NCBI RefSeq assembly: GCF_009914755.1
Contig: NC_060933.1
DNA length: 64,000 nucleotides
Strand: one strand, 5' to 3'
Source: the human T2T-CHM13v2.0 reference genome, Homo sapiens
Position numbers and translations under genes: made by a program. The notes under the pieces are model-generated. The model was given only the letters and a program-made list of their open reading frames with translations. It did not search any database and had not been told where the DNA came from. Within the stretch, counting starts at the first letter, position 1. Every line of letters starts with the position of its first letter. Positions 60,464 to 64,000 of the stretch are shown here, piece by piece.

Positions 60464-62994
60464 AACCCGAATCCTGCTTTCTAGAAACTTTCCATCTAAA
60501 ACAACATGGATGAACAAAAACCAAATTAAGCAAGCACTGAGGAACTCCTGAATGGTGCTTTGGTCCAGTGCAATTAGCACTAGGATTATGGAGACTTTCA
60601 TTGCCAATATTTTACCCTTAATTTAAATCATGTCATGAACCATGTCACCCAGGAATTTCTAGCATTATGCTTTTCTGTTCCTAAATCCAATATCACCACA
60701 TGGCACCATAAGCTCTCAGAACCTTCATGTTGGGCCCTGAACTGCTTTGTAACTGACCTTTGATCCTCCCAGAAGGGATCTTCTAAAGTGTTACAGAAAG
60801 CATGATTTAATCACTCCATAGACACACCCACCCGCCTGTGTAAATAGGCCCCTTCTCTGCTACAGGCTTAGAAAACAAAAACAAGACTACTTCACGGATT
60901 TATCTCTACCTTCAAATAGTCCTAAGTTGCTCAGAAATAACAACAGAAAGGAGAGGAAGCTCTCCCTTCACTATACACTTTTTCGGTGTCTACTGAATTC
61001 ATAGCATAGCAAAGGTATCATAGGTGAGACAAAGTGAAAAGGAACATAGCCCAGACTTCCAACTACTGGAGGACTTGACAGCCTGGCCACCAGCACACCT
61101 CCAGAAGAAATTCCCATTAGGTTTTGTGCTTTTTCCCTCCAGAAAATAGGTAGGTCGTAAGGATGCTCATGAGATCCCTTTCCCCAATTCTCATTGCCTT
61201 ATCTTTTTAAATGCCAATCCTTTATTTTGACTGCAAAGGTTTTTCGCTAATAGATGGCTATCATTCACTAATAGGTGGCTGTATTTAAAATACAGATTTA
61301 AACAGAAGATATTTTCCCTACAAGATTCCAAGAATTAGTTAAAGAGAGTAGTTATGATGCAAACAACCTATTGACAAAAGCATCATCAAACAAAGATGTT
61401 TGAATTTGTCATTCTGATAAAATGACCCACAATAGGAATCTTCACAGAGCAAGTTTTCTTCCCCTCCTCCCAATTCAGTATATCACATCTCCCTCTCCAA
61501 CCCACAAAAATCAATTTGCAGAGATAAATTTACATATAAATAAAAGTATGCCTGCAAGTTGTAAGTTCAATCAATAAAGCCACAAGCATTTGTTAAATGC
61601 TTCCTATATGCCTAGTTATGTTTTAAGTGCTTGGAGGTACAAAAGAGCTACATGGAATCTCTCTGGATTCATTTAAAACCTATTTTGTTACATTGAAAAT
61701 GTATCAAACGTTCCAAAGAAAAAAAAAGAGAGACAAAGCCTCTTCAGGAACCCTTTCCTTTTGCGAGCCTTTGAAGCTCATGTTAAATACTATAGAAGAG
61801 TTTTTGAAACTTAGATTCTTAAAGGGAAAAATAATAGGTTGGCCTGAGGTTTGAAAGAAATGTTGTAACAGTCACTGTGAGGCATCCTTCAGGAAAAATA
61901 GTGCTTTCAGTGTTTATAAGTTATTCATTAGAAAACTCAGGGTCTAGCTGGCTGACACTGTAGGTGGCAAAGCAAAACTTTCATCCTCATTGGAAGCTAG
62001 GAGCTATAAAGCCAGGTGTGGGGTGTGATTTGTTTCTGGAGGGCAGCTCTAAATCACAAGAACATAAAGAAAGGGAGAGAGAACAAGAGCTAGAGATAGA
62101 GCAGCCTTGCTGTTTTGTCCATGAAAGGAAATGCTACATGTCAGAGGAAGAGCTGCTGGAGAACTCACTAGCAGAGGGAGGAAGCAAGGAGAAGACCTCA
62201 TTTTGGGAAGATAATCACAAGAGCTCAGAGCCAATACCATAATTTTTAAACTCAAAAACCAGAACTGTACAGCCTTAAGACTCTGATGCAAATAAGATAT
62301 TCAGAGTTAGAGACCCAGCATTATTAAGTAGATGATTATAATGAGAGAGTGTGTTTGAACATTTTTATTATGTTTAAAGATAAGCGATTACAGACGTCCC
62401 ACCTTCTGCATGGTTCTAATGTGTACAAATTTCAGTTACCATAGTTTAGTTAAATAACATCAGTCACCCAACAAAACAACTCAAAGTGCACTTACCACTG
62501 TATATTAATGGTGAGTAATCACATAAAATACAAACTTTGCGCTAAACTAAGCCCACAAATCACCATATCAGTAACAGATGGGCATCATGATCAGTAACCA
62601 ATCACATCACTTCTTTTAAAGTCTGTCAGTGACTGGTCACCAGGCATCTGTTATTCAGTTCAGGTACAGACAATAAAGCATAGAGTTGTATCGCCTTCTC
62701 GTCCCCAGTGATAAATTCATATAAAAGTTTACAACAAATCTGAAAGTGCAGCAAAGAAATGAAAAGTGGTAATGCAGAAAATTGAAATTGGTGTGATGAG
62801 AAGATTTGAAAATGGCAACATCAAAGCAAAGATAGGACAATAACTAGGCCTTCAGGAAGCTAGGGTATGAACTATGCCGACAAAGTTCGCTGAATATAAA
62901 AAATGAGGTAAAGCAGCTTCAACATATTTTAGCTTAAATTGCAGTAGGAAGAGAAAGCCACATGTGGTTGAAATGGAGTGCTTACTTCTGCTTT

Positions 62995-63908
62995 TGTGTC
63001 CGCAATTGGTTCCTTCCAGTGGGTTCTTGGTCTCACTGACTTCAAGAATGAAGCCGTGGACTCTGCGGTGAGTGTTACAGTTCTTAAAGATGTCGTGTCT
63101 GGAGTTTGTTCCTTCAGATGTTCAGATGTGTCTGGAGTTTCTTCTTTCTGATGGGTTCGTGGTCTATGCTGACTTCATGAGTAAAGCTGCAGACCTTAGC
63201 AGTGAGTGTTACAACTCTTAAAGGTGGTGCGGACCCAGAGAATGACCAGCAGCGAGATTTATTGCTAAGAGCGAAAGAACAAAACTTCTACACCCTGGAA
63301 GGGGACCCGAGGAGGTTGCCACTGGTGGCTGGGATGACCTGCTTTTTATTCCTTTATTTGGTCCCGCTCACATCCTGCTGATTGGTCCATTTTACAGAGA
63401 GCTGATTGGTCCATTTTACAGAGAGCCGAATGGTCCATTTTTACAAGTGCTGATTGGTGTGTTTACAAACCTTTAGCTAGACACAGAGCGCTGATTGGTG
63501 CGTTTTTACAGAGTGCTGATTGGTGCATTTACAAACCTTTAACTAGACACAGAGCGCTGACTGGTGCATTTACAATCCTTTAGCTAGACAGAAAAGTTCT
63601 CCAGGTCCCCACCTGATTAGCTAGACACAGAGCACTGATTGGTGCGTTTTTACAGAGTGCTGATTGGTGCGTTTACAAACCTTTAACTAGACACAGAGCA
63701 CTGATTGGTGCATTTACAATCCTTTAGCTAGACAGAAAAGTTCTCCAGGTCCCCACCGGATTAGCTAGACACAGAGCACTGATTGGTGAGTCTACGAACC
63801 TTTAGCTAGACACAGAGCGCTGATTGGTGCATTTACAATCCTTTAGCTAGACAGAAAAGTTCTCCAAGTCCCCACCCGACCCAGAAGTCCAGTCAGCTTC
63901 ACCTCTCA
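62995..63908 (-). mobile_element. LTR12 (ERV9) solo LTR
   Basis: Minus strand begins TGAGAGGTGAAGC…GGGTCGGGTGGGGACTTGGAGAAC, contains tandem CCAAT repeats, and has a 4-bp TSD CTTT (62991-62994, 63909-63912). Confidence 0.94.
63340..63830 (-). promoter_or_regulatory. LTR12 U3 enhancer/promoter: 10 CCAAT boxes and an AATAAAAA TATA-like box
   Basis: I counted ten ATTGG on the plus strand between 63381 and 63827. A TATA-like element at ~63343-63350 points leftwards. Confidence 0.75.
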
Positions 63909-64000
63909 CTTTGAATCAAGGGCTACAATAAAACATAATCTCAATCAGTTCAGCTAGCATCCCAAAGTGTGATCATTGCCATGCTGAAAGAAAACAGTGA

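Larger units (their letters stand above)
62390..64000 (+). mobile_element. Tigger-family DNA transposon relic interrupted by LTR12
   Basis: Tigger-like 5' end and a degenerate CENP-B-type HTH (…RRFENGNIKAKIGQ*LGLQE…) at ~62760-62880; resumes after 63912. Confidence 0.7.

Overview
This is primate (human-like) genomic DNA, rich in repeats (Alu, L1, L2, MIR, MaLR/ERV LTRs, hAT and Tigger DNA transposons), with no intact protein-coding gene. Almost all entries in the ORF track are repeat-derived or chance ORFs. The main hidden structure is a decayed, intron-containing membrane guanylyl cyclase gene on the minus strand. By reading between splice sites I reconstructed 12 collinear pseudo-exons between 43859 and 170. 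They run in order from a Cys-rich ectodomain through a transmembrane helix, juxtamembrane region, kinase-homology domain and coiled-coil hinge to the start of the cyclase domain, which continues off the left edge. Its CGxGxC-type ectodomain and its intron positions do not match NPR1/NPR2/GUCY2C/D/F as I know them, so it looks like a unitary pseudogene of a separate, lost receptor-GC subfamily. Other points of note: a CCAAT-rich LTR12 upstream and co-oriented with the relic; a ~210-bp inverted duplication that splits a MIR, next to a 13-bp hairpin and a G4 motif; a locally templated insertion inside a MER44; a palindromic 35-bp AT-rich minisatellite; and a nested Charlie/L1/Alu insertion stack. 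Repeat subfamily names and homologue comparisons come from memory, not from searches.
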